Position numbers and translations under genes: made by a program
NCBI RefSeq assembly: GCF_009914755.1
Contig: NC_060940.1
Length of the DNA stretch: 64,000 bases
Direction: 5' to 3' (one strand)
From: the human T2T-CHM13v2.0 reference genome, Homo sapiens
The notes under the pieces: model-generated
Databases searched by the model: none
The model's input: the letters and a program-made list of their open reading frames with translations, nothing else
What the model was told of the DNA's origin: nothing
Shown: one piece after another, positions 16,364-32,605 of the stretch
Layout: the number at the start of each line of letters is the position of its first letter
How positions within the stretch are numbered: position 1 is the stretch's first letter

Positions 16364-16741
16364 TTTTTTTTTTTCTTGGTGAATGTGGGGTTTTATTGGG
16401 TAATGGAGGTGGCTCTCGGTGGGATGGATGGGGAGCTAGAAAGGGGATGGAGTGGGAAGATGATTTTCCCCTGGAGTTTGGCTGTCCTGTGACCAATCTC
16501 CTCTCCAACTGTCCCCAGCCAAACTCTTCTTGGCCTTCAGATGCTCCTTTCTCTGCCATGCTGCTCTTCTGCTCCTCTTCTCTTCTGTTCATCTGCTCAT
16601 CTGCTTGTATGCTCATGGAGCCTGGGGTTTGGGGTTTATATGGGTACAGGATAGTGGGATGTGGCAGGCCAAAACCTAACATTTGGGCGTGAAAACAGGA
16701 ATGCCTATTCCCATTTAGGGCTGCAGATTTCCAGGCTTGGG
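16364..16741 (-). mobile_element. Polyadenylated ERV1 LTR fragment (MER61/MER52/LTR1-group), U3-R-poly(A)
   Basis: Minus strand: TATAAA box, AATAAA (+ strand TTTATT 16392-16397), 17 nt, then A11; flanked by ~16-bp direct repeats. Confidence 0.7.
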
Positions 16742-18578
16742 TGTTCTCTTGTTTTTTAAATGAAGGAAACTGGGGCTTAGGAGACTAAGGGACTTGTCTA
16801 AAGTCACAGAGTTAGTAAATGGCAGTTCTTGGATTTGTACCCAAAGTTGGTGGTGACCACCACTGGCTCCCACTGCCCTCAAGGTCTAGCAGTCCATGTC
16901 ATCATATTGCAGAGCTCTTACTGTGTGCATGTGGTACACAAAATAAGGCTTTCCATGCTCAGGGGAAGGAAGCTCTGGTATCAGTGCATAGTTTGAGTGT
17001 TCTTTAGTTGGTTCTGGGTATTAATTGCTGCTGTGCTTTAGTGATTGATGGATTAGCAGAATTACCGCTTGGTTTTATATTAATTTGTGTGTGTGTGTTC
17101 ACTCACTCCACAGATATTTGCTGAACACCTACGATGTACCAGGCTCTATTCTAAGCCCTGGACAGACACAGTGATAAGACCAAGTTCCTGATATACTAGT
17201 CAACCATTCTGCCCTCTCTAGTTCTGTGCTATCACTGATGTTGTTTTCACTAGAGGGTGGGCTGGGGGTTGGCCTAGGGAGGGATGGGTCTTTAGTCCTC
17301 TCCAAGTGGCTTATGATAAAGATGTTTGAGGACCACAACTGGCATCTTTGATCTGGTCTACTTTTGCCTCGTGATTGGAATGCAGTGAATTTCCATTGAA
17401 GGTGCAATGAGAAGAGAGAGGCCATGGGGCTCGGGAAATACCCTGGCCTTGGGTGGGGTTGGTGCATCTGTCAGCATCAGTGGTGGTCTGCGGCTAAGAT
17501 AAGAAATCCAGGGTTGCTCTTAAGGATCCTAGAGTTTTCTCCCAGGTTGGGCACATCAGATCCAGCAAAGACAATATCTCACTTGCATGTTGGTTGGTAG
17601 CTGGTTTGAGTAGGTAAGGTTCACATTATTCAAAGACCGAAATGGATGTTTTTCCTGTTGCCAAGAGAAATGCAATAGGCTCATTTCTCTTTTCTCTTGG
17701 GATGGGAAAGCCACAACCCCCACTATGATTTTCATGGACAGCAACTCATCTTCCTGGTTTTTATTTTTTATTTTATTTTGACACAGGGTCTCACCGTTAC
17801 CCAGGCTGGAGAATAGGTGTGATCACGGCTCACTGCAATCTTGACCTCCCAGGCTCAGGTGATCCTCCCACCTCAGCCTGCTGGGTAGCTGGGACTACAG
17901 GCATGTGCCACCATGCCTAGCTAATATTTTGTAGTTTTTTTTTTTTTAGAGGTGAGGTCTTACCATGCTGCCCAGGCTGGTCTTGAATTCCTGGGCTCAA
18001 GTGATCCTTCTGCCTTGGCCTCCCAAAGTGCTGGGATTAAAGACATGCGCCACCGCACAGCCCATCTTCCCATTTTTATAGGAAGGCTGCTGCATAATTT
18101 TGGAATCTTTATGCTGGGCTGCAAACTCAAAGGCATAGGGGGTAAGATAGGCAACAGAAATTGTGTATCGAGTGCTTACTGTATGCGTGGCACTGTTCTA
18201 AGTGCTTTACATATAACACATTTAGTTTTCACAACCATCCTATGAGGCGATTTTATTTCCATTTTATAGACAAGAAAACTGAAATACAGAGAGGTTAAAT
18301 AGCCTTGGATTTGAATCGAAAGTCAGGACTGTTCACCACCAGCTCTTACTGCCCTCAAGGAATTTGTAGTTTAATTGTAATGTTGCACCGCTCCTAGTTT
18401 GTGCATGTGGATGTGCAAAAAGCTGGCATTTCCATGACTTTGTTACCCAGTAATTAGCAAGAAATGGCAGAAGTGGGATTCAAACTGGTCCCTGCCTCCT
18501 GCTCTCTGCTTTTACTCTGTAGTCCCTTCCATGCATAAATCTGACTGGCAAAGAATGTTACTCATTTCAATACACTAA

Positions 18579-18848
<270 letters not shown>

Positions 18849-19257
18849 TAAACAGAGGAAAAAAGAAAAACACCAAAACCAGTTCAGCATTTCTGCACAT
18901 AGAACCCTCCTCGAGCAGTTTTCCCATACATCATCTTGAAATTTTACTGCATCAGCTCAGTGATATTGTGATCTCCTTATCTGAGAAAGGAGGAAATTTC
19001 CAGTTCCTCCCTCTTAGGGCTGTGGCAGAGAATGGGATGAGATGTGTCTTGGCATCTAGCAGATGCTCAGTGAATCAAGTTCTGTGGATGTCCCAGTGCC
19101 TCTGACCAAGGCGGTTTGCAGGAATTAGGCTTTATTCCTTCACCTGGAGAGCCCCAGCTGCTGCTCACAGCAGGTTTTCTCAGAATCATTTGCAAATTTG
19201 TCTGAAAATATAACAGAAAGGAGTAAAAAGAGGACTGGAAGTAGCTTTCCATCTTTA

Positions 19258-19392
<135 letters not shown>

Positions 19393-19449
19393 TCAAAATG
19401 CAAACATTAGCCAGGCGTGGTGTCATGTGCCTGTAGTTCCAGCTACTCA

Positions 19450-19554
<105 letters not shown>

Positions 19555-19679
19555 TCAAAAATAAATAAAAATAGGCTGGGTGCAGTGGCTCATGCCTATA
19601 ATCCCAGCACTTTGGGAGGCGGATCACGAGGTCAAGAGATCGAGACCAGCCTGGCCCACATGGTGAAACCCCATCTCTA

Positions 19680-19973
<294 letters not shown>

Positions 19974-20924
19974 TCAAGTGATTCTTGTGTCTCAGCCACC
20001 TGAGTAGCTGGGACTACAGGCACAAGCCACCATGCCTGGCTAATAATTGTATTTTAGTAGAGACGGGGTTTGTTTGGCCAGGCTTGTCTCAAACCCCTAG
20101 CCTCAAGAGATCTGCTCACCTTGGCCTCCCACAGTGCTGGGATTACAGGCATGAGCCACTGCACCCAGCCCTGTTTTAGCTCTTTACATGGTTGTGGAAT
20201 ATCTAGTTACCCTCAAGGGTTAAACAATTCAATGTCTTAAAATTATAAATATAACTGTATTTATGTATTATATGAGTACTTCAAGTTTATTGTAGAAAAG
20301 TCAGAAAATAATAAAGAAGAAAATCAGTGATAATCTTTTACTCACTGTTGATATTTTGATAAGCACTGTTCAGCAGATAAGCACTGTTGATATTTTGGTA
20401 TATTCACTTGAAGCTTACCAGACTCCAAAACTATGTATATAAAAAATATTATTTTATATATTTCATACATATATCTCATGTTTTACAAAAATGATATTAT
20501 ACTTACCTACTATTCAATAACTTGCTTTCTACACCCAACAGTACAGACTGCATATTTTTTCATATCCAAAATGTACATCTATGTCAGTATTTTATTTATT
20601 TATTTATTTTTTGAGATGGAGTTTTGTTCTTGTTGCCCAGGCTGGAGTACAATAGTGTGGTCTTGGCTTACTGCAACTTCTGCCTCCCAGGTTCAAGCAA
20701 TTCTCCTGCCTCATCCTCCCAAGTAGCTGAGATTACAGGCATCCGCCACCATGCCCGGCTAATTTTTGTATTTTTAGTAGAGATGGGGTTTCACAATGTT
20801 GGCCAGGCTGGTCTCGAACTCCTGACCTCAAGTGATCTGTCTGCCTGGCCTCCCAAAGTGTTGGGATTACAGGCGTAAGCCACAGCATCTAGCCTATATC
20901 AGTATTTTAAATAGCTTTGTAATA

Positions 20925-21271
20925 CAATTAGCCTTCCATATCAGTGGGTTCCACATCTGCAGATTCAACCAACCTCAGGTAGAATGTATTTAGAAAAAAT
21001 GATCCAAATAACAATATAACAATAAAAAACAATACACATAAAAATACAGTAGCATTTTTGACATAACATTTTGTACATATTTACATAGCACTTATATTGC
21101 ATCAGGTATTATAACTAATCTAGAGATGATTTAAAGTATACATGAGGATGTGCATAGATTATATGCAAATACTACACTATTTTATATAAGGGACTTGAAT
21201 ATCCATGGATTTTGGTATCTTTAAGAAGTCCTGGAACCAATCCTTGGTGGAGGTATCCACAGGGGCAACTT
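20925..21271 (-). mobile_element. MER2 (TcMar-Tigger) DNA transposon
   Basis: Characteristic TAATCTAGAGATGATTTAAAGTATAC...TTATATAAGGGACTTGA...CCATGGATTTTGGTATC. Confidence 0.8.
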
Positions 21272-22381
21272 CATTTTATTTATGGTTAGTTCTTATTTAT
21301 TTAGCTAATTGTTAGACTTTCAGGTTGCATTAAAAAAATGCCTCAATGTATGCCTTTATACATATACTGTTGGGTACTTGTCTCATTTACTCAGGCTAAA
21401 TTCCCAGAGGTGGAATTTCTGGGTCAAAGAATATAAATACTTTAAAAGCTTTTGATACAGATAGCCAAATTGCCCTCTCAAGAGTATGTACCAACTTATA
21501 TTCTCAACTACAACAAATGAGGGTATCCCTTACCTTGTATCTTTCCAGTATCGTAAATGGTGATAAGTCTTTATACTTCTTGACATGTGATGAATCAACA
21601 TGGTCTGATTGTTTTTAATGTATATTTCTTTAATTATGACTGAGAATAAAGTTTTCCCCATACATTTAATTTTTCTTTTGTGAATTCCTTGTTGATGTCT
21701 TTTGTCTATCTTTTTTTTAAAACAAATATAGTCATCTTTTTATTATTGATTTAAAAGAGAGCTTTATATTAAGATTTACCCTATGTCTTTTTAATTTTTA
21801 TTTATTTTTTATTAAGGGATAGTTGACAAATACAAATTATATATATTTATGGTGTATACATATATACAATATGATGTTTTGATGTATGTATACATTGGGG
21901 AATGGTTAAAGCAAGCTAACATGTCAATCACCTTTCATACTTGTCCGTTGTCAGTTTTTGTTGTGAGAATATTTAACATCTACTCTCTTCACAATTTTCA
22001 ACCGTTCAACACATTATTATCAACTGTGGTCACCATGCTGCACAATAGGTTTCCCTATGTCTGTTTTATTTTTATTTCTTTGAGACAGGGTCTCGCTCTG
22101 TCACCCAGGCTGGAGTACAGTGGCACCATCTTGGCTAACTGCAACTTCTGCAAGTGAGTCTTGTGCCTCAGCCACCCAAGTGGCTGGGATTACAGATGTG
22201 CGCCACCATGCACAGCTAATTTTTTTTTTTTGTATTTTTAGTAGAGGCAGGGTTTCGTTATGTTGGCCAGGCTGGTCTTGAACTCCTGGCCTCATGTGAT
22301 CTGCATGCCTTGGCTTCCAAAAATGCTGAGATTCCAAGTGTGAGCCACCGCACCTAGCCTCCTTATGTCTATTTTAGATAC

Positions 22382-22745
22382 TGCCTTTGTCCATTCAGGC
22401 TGCTATAACAAAATATCATAGACTGGTAACTTATAAACAGAAATTTATTTCTCACAGTTCTGGGGGGTGAGAAATCAAAAATTGAAGCACTGGCAGATCC
22501 AGTATCTGGTAAGGACTTGTTTTTCATAGATGGTGCTTTCTCACTGTGTCCTCACATGGTGGAAAGGGACTAGCTTGTAGCTAGCTCTCTGGGGTCTCTT
22601 TTACAAGGGCACTAATCCCACTCATGAGGGCTCCACCCTTATGACCTAATCATCTCCCAAGGCCCAACCTTCCAATACTATCACATTGGAGATTAGGTTT
22701 TAACATATGCATTTTAGAGGGGCACAAACATTCAAATCATTGTAA
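22382..22745 (-). mobile_element. MLT1A-type MaLR LTR just upstream of exon 4
   Basis: GGCTGCTATAACAAAATA...AGAAATTTATTTCTCACAGTTCTGG...CACAAACATTCA. Confidence 0.75.
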
Positions 22746-22769
22746 ATACCATCACAGTGTTCAGTCTAA

Positions 22770-22973
<204 letters not shown>

Positions 22974-24230
22974 TAACTATTCCATATTTATAAGAGCTGC
23001 CTTCATATCCTTACTGTTAATTTCCTCATGATGGTCATTTTTGAGTCTGTTTCTGTTGACTGATTTTTCTCTTAGTTATGAGTCATATTTTCTTTTTTTG
23101 TTTGCAAGCCTAGCAATTTTGATTGGGTGATGAGCATTGTGGATTTTACATTGTTGAGTATTTGATTTAGTTGTATTTCTTTGAAGAGTATTGGGCTTTG
23201 TTCTGTCATACACTTAAGTTACTTTCAAATCAGCTTGATCCTTTTGATGCTTCCTTTTGAGTTTTGTTAGGGTAAAACCAGAGTGACCTTTATTCTGTTG
23301 TTAATTTATCATCATTACTGTGACATGATTCCTTTGAGGATGTTACCTAATGCTCCATGTATTTCAAGATCTCTCTACTTTGGCTGGTGAGAATGTGAAC
23401 TATTTCCAGCTCCATATGAGCTCTGGAAGTTGCTCAGCCTAATCCTTTCTGATTACTGATGACTCTTTTCCTGCCTATGTGGAGTTTCACTCTTTGCATG
23501 TGCAAAATAGCAGTCAGTACTAGACATCTCTGCAGCTTTCTGGAACCCTCTGCAGTTTCCTCCTCTCCAATACTTTGCCCAAGTGATAAGTGCCGTGGCC
23601 TCTCTGAACTTGGATATCTGTATCCTCCACTCAGCTGGGCCACTGGGCTTGTTTTGGTTCCTCTTCCTGATCCATGTCTTGGAAACTGCTTTTTGGCAGT
23701 AAGTGAGGGTAATTTTAAGGCTCATCTTGTTTGTTTTTCTTCTTCTGGGATTATGATTCTGTTGTTCCATATCCGGATGCAGTTGTCTGATGTATTTTGT
23801 TAAATTTTCTAGTTGTTTATGGTGGGTGGCCAATTCCTATGTTAATTAATCCTTCATGGGCTAAAGAAGAAGTTCTTCCCAGAATTTTAATTGTTTTGAT
23901 TGGGAGAGGAGTTTAGGGTGTCTAATCCACTGTACTGCTGGAAAGGGAAGTGTTAGCCCTTCCATGTTATCTTCATTCTTAGGCAGCTCTCTCAGTGGTC
24001 ATTTTCAGCACTAGGCTTATATACAACCTAATTAACAAGCCCATAAAAATGTGCCTCTTCTTTATTAGTTTTTGGAAAAGCCTCAGCATTGACTCCACTC
24101 ATGTAGTTGCCCGCCCCTGAGCAACCACTCTGGTCAGGGGTTGAATATGTTGGTTGGCGAGGCCTGCATCAGGGAGCGGAGTCCATCTTATCAGCATCTC
24201 ATGACCACATGAGCCGAGTGGGGAAGGATA

Positions 24231-24718
24231 TGTGGTGGGCTGATTAAGGTCCCCCAAAGATGTCCATGTCTGAACCCCTGGAAGCTGTGACTATGTTAAC
24301 TTATGGAGCAAAAGGGACTTTGAAGATGCGATTAAGGATCTTGAGATGAGGAGGTTATCTTGGATTATTTGGGTGGGCCCAATGTAATCACAAGGGTCCT
24401 TTTAAGAAGGAGCAAGGAGGGTCATAGATAGAGAAGGTGACATGATAATGGAAGCAGAGGGACCTAGAAAGAGATCTGAAGGTGCTCTGCTGCTGATTTT
24501 GGAGATGGAGGATGGGGCTATGAGCCAAGGAAATGCAGGTGGCCTCTTGAAGCTAGAAAAAGCAAGAAAATGAATTCTTCTTAGAACTCCCAGAAGGAAC
24601 CCATCCTTCTAGTCCATTTTAGGACATACAGTCTCCAGAACTATAAGAGAATAAACGTGTAGTTTTAAAGCCACTATGTTTGGGGTAATTTGGTAGAGTA
24701 GCAATAGGAAGCTAATGG
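24231..24718 (+). mobile_element. MLT1C/D-type MaLR LTR
   Basis: TGTGGTGGGCTG...CCCCAAAGATGTCCATGTC...GCAATAGGAAGCTAAT. Confidence 0.75.
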
Positions 24719-27117
24719 AGGGTAATTTTCCAAAGAAAAAGTGTGGACGCTGAGCAGCCAAAACCAATGAATGTCCCCCTACTCTTTTGAGCTTTTTGTA
24801 ATCACGGTGGCCATGTTTCATAACTCTGAGTGGCACCATTCAAACAGAATACACTGTGAATGGTGCACCCCTGGAGCTGGGCAACATGCAGATCCTGGCC
24901 ATGAAGATTACATGAGTTAATACTTGAAAACATTTTGAACAATGTCTGGTACATAGTAGTCAATAAAAATTAGCTGTTTTTATGTTGATATTGACATCAT
25001 TGCATTGTCATCATCAACATTATCATCATTACAGCCCCTTTCTCTGGGTTAGTCTCCTCCTTTGCAAGATGAGAGGGTTAGCCCCAACAATCTGAGGTTC
25101 CTTCCAGTCTGATATTCTATAATCCCATGGTTCTTTGACTCTAAAACTGGTTTTGACTAGTTTGAGAAGTGCCACATCACACTGTGCTATTAAAATCATT
25201 CTATTTGCAGGCTCGGAGAAACAGAAAAATACATCCAGAAACTAGGGTATCTCCTTCCCTTCGCACCGATTTTAATTCTCATGGATGGCAGTGAGATTTA
25301 TCAATATGTTTGAAGAGGATATGAAAACCTAACATTTGCATGTATCATTTGTAGTCAGTTCTTCAACTTTAGCTCCCAATCAACCTTAAATGCAGGTTTC
25401 TAGATTAATAGTCAGACCTGACGGAACTACATTAACAGATAGTTCAGCTCAAAAACCAATATAAGGGAAAAAACTATTATAGAAGCCAGAGGGATGAACA
25501 GAGAGATTGAAATCTTAAAGCTATTCATTTTTCAACAGTTAATATTGCCTAAAAGTGTTGGTATTAATTGTCTTGGAATCATTACATATACACTGGTCTC
25601 GTCACTCAAGGAAATTTATTTTAACTTATCACCTTGCAGGCTGAGCTTGCATTTTCCGGGTTTCAGTGGCAAGGACAATTTAATACCATATCTTCAAAGT
25701 AATTTTATTTAAATTGTATTTTTGCACTTTCATTTTAAAGTGAGCATGCCTGATAGTTGAGGAGCCCAAATTGCTCTGAGTCAACTAGTGAAACCTGATT
25801 ATGAAGACTTAATAAGAAAAATTTGAAAACTAACTTGAATCTCCATCTTTTCTCCATAGCCAAACACCTTCACTGGCTAAGAGTATGGGCCCTGGAATCA
25901 GACTGCCTGGGTTTTGATCCTAGAACCATCATTTTCTTTTCTCTTTCTTCTTCTTCTTTTTTTTTTTTAGAATGAGTTTTGCTCTTGTTGCCCAGGCTGG
26001 AGTGTAATCTCCACTCACTGCAACCTCTGCCTCCTGGGTTCAAGCAATTCTCCTGCCTCAGCCTCCTGAGTAACTGGGATTACAGGCATGCATCATCACA
26101 CCCTGCTTATTTTGTATTTTTAGTAGAGACGGGGTTTCTCCATGTTGGTCAGGCTGGTCTCCAACTCCCGACCTCAGGTGATCTGCCCGCCTTTGTCTCC
26201 CAAAGTGCTGGGATTACGGGCAGGAGCTACGGCGCCTGGCCAGAACGATCATTTTCTAGCTGTGTGATCTTGGCCTAGTTACTTAACCTCTCCTTGCCTC
26301 AGTTTGCTCATCTGCAAACTAGGGATACTATTAATACTTACCTCATAGTGTTATTTAGGAGGATTAGATGAGATAGTATGTGTAAAGTGGTCAAAGTGGT
26401 GCCAGCACACAGTATGCACTCAAGAAATGTTAGCTACAATAAATGTTAGCTATTACCACTTTGGATATACAGTCCCATTAAGTCAAAGACATATAAGTCT
26501 AAGCATGGTGTTACTGCATCCCCCGCCCCCATAGTAGCTGTGAGCTTTGTAATCATGGAGGACAACTTGATGAGGACACTGACCAGTCCGATTTTCAGAA
26601 ACATGAGAAATCTTCCTGAAGCCAGTCTATTACATGAAGGCAGCAAAATGAAGCATGTCAAATAATATATATTGCCCACGACTTTTGTAAGTCACTCACT
26701 CAGATGTTGTTTCATTCATTCATTCATTCACTCATTCATTTACTTACTCAAGAAGTACTTATTGAACTCCTACTCTGTGGCAGGCATTATGCTAGGTGCT
26801 GGGGACTCATTGGTAAACTACCTGGATATGGTCCTTTTCTTTTGGGAGCCTACTTGGTGATACAGACAAAAAAGTGAGTAATCAAAGTGAAAAATTTGAA
26901 AAATCACGATAAGTGATGCGGAAAATGGACAAGGTGCTCATGGGAATAGTGGGAAGAAGGGCTGTTTGAGATGAAAGAGTCCAGAGGGCAGTTTTCTCTG
27001 AGTAGGTAGCATTTAAACACACCTGAGGGGTGGGAAGCACCAGCCCATGAAGACGGAATTTCATTGCAACATTTCACAATCTTCCTCAACACTTTCTCTC
27101 AACACCTTAATGATCTA

Positions 27118-27291
<174 letters not shown>

Positions 27292-27564
27292 TTAGTTGGG
27301 TGTGGTGGCGGGCGCCTGTAATCCCAGCTACTTGGGAGTCAGAGGCATAAGAATTACTTGAACCCTGGGGGATGGAGGTTGCAGTAAGCCAAGATCATGT
27401 CACTGCACTCCAGCCTGGGTGACACAGTGAGACGCTGTCTCAAAAAAAAAAAACAAAAAAAAGCAAAGAGAGTTGGGAAGATTGACTATAGCCTGTGATT
27501 TTCGCTTCCACTTAGGGGTCTCTCCTTGGATGTCTCCTCATCTTTGCCTTGTGAGGTCTTATAA

Positions 27565-27834
<270 letters not shown>

Positions 27835-28153
27835 TGATCCTCCTGCTTCGGCCTCCCAAAGTGCTGGGATTACAGGTGTGAGCCACCGTGCCCAGCCCAG
27901 ACTTTATTTTGTAGCTGATCTTCATAGGATTGGCTTGGATGCCTCCTCAGGTCCTACATAGGTAGATAAAATGAATCAGCACATGTTTAGTTACAAGTGG
28001 CAGAAAACCCAACACAAACTGGCTTGAACAAATAAAGGGGCTGGGTGCAGTGTGCAGTGGCTCATACCTGTAGTCCTAGAACTTTGGGAGGCTGAAACGG
28101 GCAGATCACTTGAGGTCAGGAGTTTGAGACCAGCCTGGCCAACAGTGAAACTA

Positions 28154-28394
<241 letters not shown>

Positions 28395-28905
28395 TCAGAT
28401 ACAGCTGGATCCAGGATCTTCAACACTCTGGGTGGGAATCTGTCTCTTATCATGTTTTTGAACTTTGCTTTTCTTTGTGTTGGCTTCATTGAGAGACAGG
28501 CTCTATGCCTGCATGTGGTAGGTTCCAGCAGATCCTTGTGTATATCCTTCTAAGTTCAAGTCCAGAGTAAAGAAAGCTCTTCCCCTAATGCTCCACTCAA
28601 AGTTCTGGTTGACTCTGGTTAAATCACATGTCCAATCCAGAACCAGTGACTGCAGCTAGGCTAAGGTATGAATTGAAATTCATCACTCCTGGAACTTGGT
28701 GCAGTTAGCTTTGACTGAACCACATGAAGCAGGAATACAAGAGAGGTGGTTCTCCAGAGGAAGTTATGAATGATGAATAGCCACTGTGCTAGAATTATGG
28801 AGACTTATGTGTCAGCCGCCTTAAATCAAGGCTTAGTTTAAAATAGTTTAACACCAAAGTATTTTGTGTGCTACTCTTGGAATTGAAGAGTAAACATTGG
28901 AATTG

Positions 28906-29001
28906 AAGGGGTGAACATATTTCTGTAGGACCACAGAGGAAGAAAAAATCATTAAGGGGTAAACATATTTCTGTAGGACCATAGAGGAAGAAAAAATCAT
29001 T
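28906..29001. repeat. 48-bp tandem duplication
   Basis: AAGGGGT(G/A)AACATATTTCTGTAGGACCA(C/T)AGAGGAAGAAAAAATCATT twice (28906 and 28954). Confidence 0.9.
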
Positions 29002-29095
29002 CTGGCTGAAACCTCATGAAGAAGGTGACATTTGAGTTGAACCAAAGAAAAAAAAAAAAGAATGTCTGCACTTGGAAGTGCAGAAGGGCATTTCA

Positions 29096-29602
<507 letters not shown>

Positions 29603-29855
29603 TTAATATTGGTGAAGGATGTAAGAGATTCGTTGCCTGAAGACACTTCCATAGATTAGGGGACATACTCAGTTGAAGTAGTATCTTAAGGACATGAACT
29701 TGGATGCAGAGGCCAGGATGGTTTGGAGTGGGGATTCCAGAGGAGTAGGATGGGAGATCAGTCAGGAGACTACAGCAACAGCTTATTTATCCCCTCAGGC
29801 CTGGGGACCTTGATCATTCCTGGATGGTTTATCTTTTATTCTTACTATTTTTTAG

Positions 29856-29999
<144 letters not shown>

Positions 30000-30037
30000 T
30001 AACTAAAATATGAATGTGCAAAATGGCAAATGGGTTA

Positions 30038-30085
30038 ATCCATCCATCCATCCATCCATCCATCCATCCATCCATCCATCCATCC
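30038..30085. repeat. (ATCC)n tetranucleotide microsatellite in the short intron between exons 5 and 6
   Basis: Direct reading. Confidence 0.95.
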
Positions 30086-30185
30086 AGATATTCCACCTCC
30101 TGACACTTGGCACCTTTCTGGGCTAAAATCCCACTGGGCTAATGGGATAAGCTGGATCTGCTGTCCCTGCTGAGCCTACTGTGCA

Positions 30186-30193
30186 GTGTGTGT

Positions 30194-30235
<42 letters not shown>
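30186..30235. repeat. (TG)n microsatellite upstream of the exon 6 acceptor
   Basis: Direct reading. Confidence 0.95.
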
Positions 30236-30238
<3 letters not shown>

Positions 30239-30299
30239 TTTGTTTTTGGCTGAAGAGTCCAAGCTCATATTATATCCCTCCCTCTTTAACCACTACCAG

Positions 30300-30436
30300 G
30301 GTGGTAGTGGCCAGAATTGGGACCCTGCTCTGCAGCACACATGTCTTAGCCGAGTTTAAGAGGAAGGCTGAAGTTGTGTTTGGGGATCCCACTGAGTGGA
30401 CCAGTTCTGTCTTGCAGGAGCTTGGGACCATTGCAG
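30300..30436 (+). pseudogene. OTOAP1: OTOA-like exon 6 of 9 (137 nt): [45 protein letters not shown]
   Basis: CAG acceptor 30297-30299; G|GTAAGA donor; matches ORF-track 30181..30501. Confidence 0.92.
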
Positions 30437-30917
30437 GTAAGACTCACCCTGAGCATACCTTTCTCTCTCTTTCCAAACTTAAATGTGGGGACACAAAATA
30501 AAACATTATCCTTGGCCATGTGTAGCAAACATCAGTGGCGTTACAGTAGAACCTACATTTCATGATTTGAAGTTGCAGAGGGTGGGTCTGCAAATCTGCT
30601 TTTAAAACAAGCTCTTTTGGAGATTCTTGTGTACACTAAAGTTTGGAAAACCGCTAGTTTAGAATGTGATTTAATTGGCCCCTAAGTAGGTTTATACAAA
30701 ATTTGAAAGTGTGTAAATTGAAGTTCCTTCTGGGCATGCGTTTCACTGTAGGAGGCCAATCAGGGCTAATGTGACCCACATTTTTTTTTTCTGAGTTGAT
30801 GAAGGAACTTGATTCCCCAGTGTGATTTCCAGGGCCTTTTGTAAGGAATGATGCCTGCCTAGAACACTCAGATCTGAACATTATGCAGCACCATTAATAA
30901 AACAAGCGGAGTTCTGA

Positions 30918-31139
<222 letters not shown>

Positions 31140-31828
31140 TAGAGGCTTGTGACCAGGCTCTGCTGATGGGGTCAGAGGAGATCTGTGTGAGTTTAGGTGT
31201 TTTTAAAAAACATTTTTTCTTAAAATTACAATATGTAGTTTAATTATATTTATTTTTACGGTCATCTTCTCTTCTTCTAGCAGGTGGTACTGATTTTCTA
31301 CTTATGGTGGTATGACAGGTTCATAAACCCTTACGAAAACCCCTGGGGACAGATATAGTTCAGAATTCAGAATTTCTCAGATTTTGAAAAGATCACCCTG
31401 TACATTTACTGTATGTAACTTCATACCCCCAGCAGTGTCTGGGGAAGCACCTTGTAAGCAAACACATTAATATTTCTGTGAAGAAATCTGTGACAAGCCA
31501 CACTAATTGGAATAAATAGAGACTATAAATAAATAGCCTCACATTACTTCAGGTCAAGTTTTGCTGATAAATAAGTTTGACTTAAACTTTGGGGGAAAAC
31601 TTGCAGTTTTCAGATTATTTTTGGACTTTGGAATTGCAGATGAGGGATTGTGGACCTCTGTAACATTTCCTTTTAAGATATAATTAAATAAAAATATTTT
31701 AGTTGATTTAGGTCAGGCATGGTGGCTCACACCTGTAATCCCAACATTTTGGGAGGCTGAGACAGGCCAATCACCTGAGGTCAGGAGTCTGAGACCAGCC
31801 TGGCCAACGTGGTGAAACCCCATCTCTA

Positions 31829-32017
<189 letters not shown>

Positions 32018-32512
32018 CTATATATATATATTTTTAGTTGATTTAAAGAAAAGTATTAGGAAAATCACAAGAGGACAGGTGAAAAACTGCTATGAAAAAA
32101 TTGAGAGGGTGAAATTGGATCATTTGAAGGAAGGGAAGCAGGGTATCTAATGACAGGTCCTTTTTTTCTGTCTGTATACAAGATTAGGGGAGTGTTTGGT
32201 GGGAATAGTCTGCTCTGATGAGGAGGCAGTCATTCTGGTGTTCCTGTTTGCTGCGTAATGTGGGAACACATTTTGTCCAGCACTTCTGGATAAAACACAC
32301 AAACCAGGCTCGACAAACTCCCCCAGTGCCACATCACTTGTTCATTTCAAGAAAGATAGCTGAGGCCGGGTGCAGTGGCTCACACCTGTAATCCCAGCAC
32401 TTTGGGAGGCTGAGGAGGGTGGATCACGAGGTCAGGAGATTGAGACCATCGTGGCTAACATGGTAAAACCCTGTCTCTACTAAAAATACAAAAAAATTAG
32501 CTGGGGTGGTCA

Positions 32513-32605
<93 letters not shown>

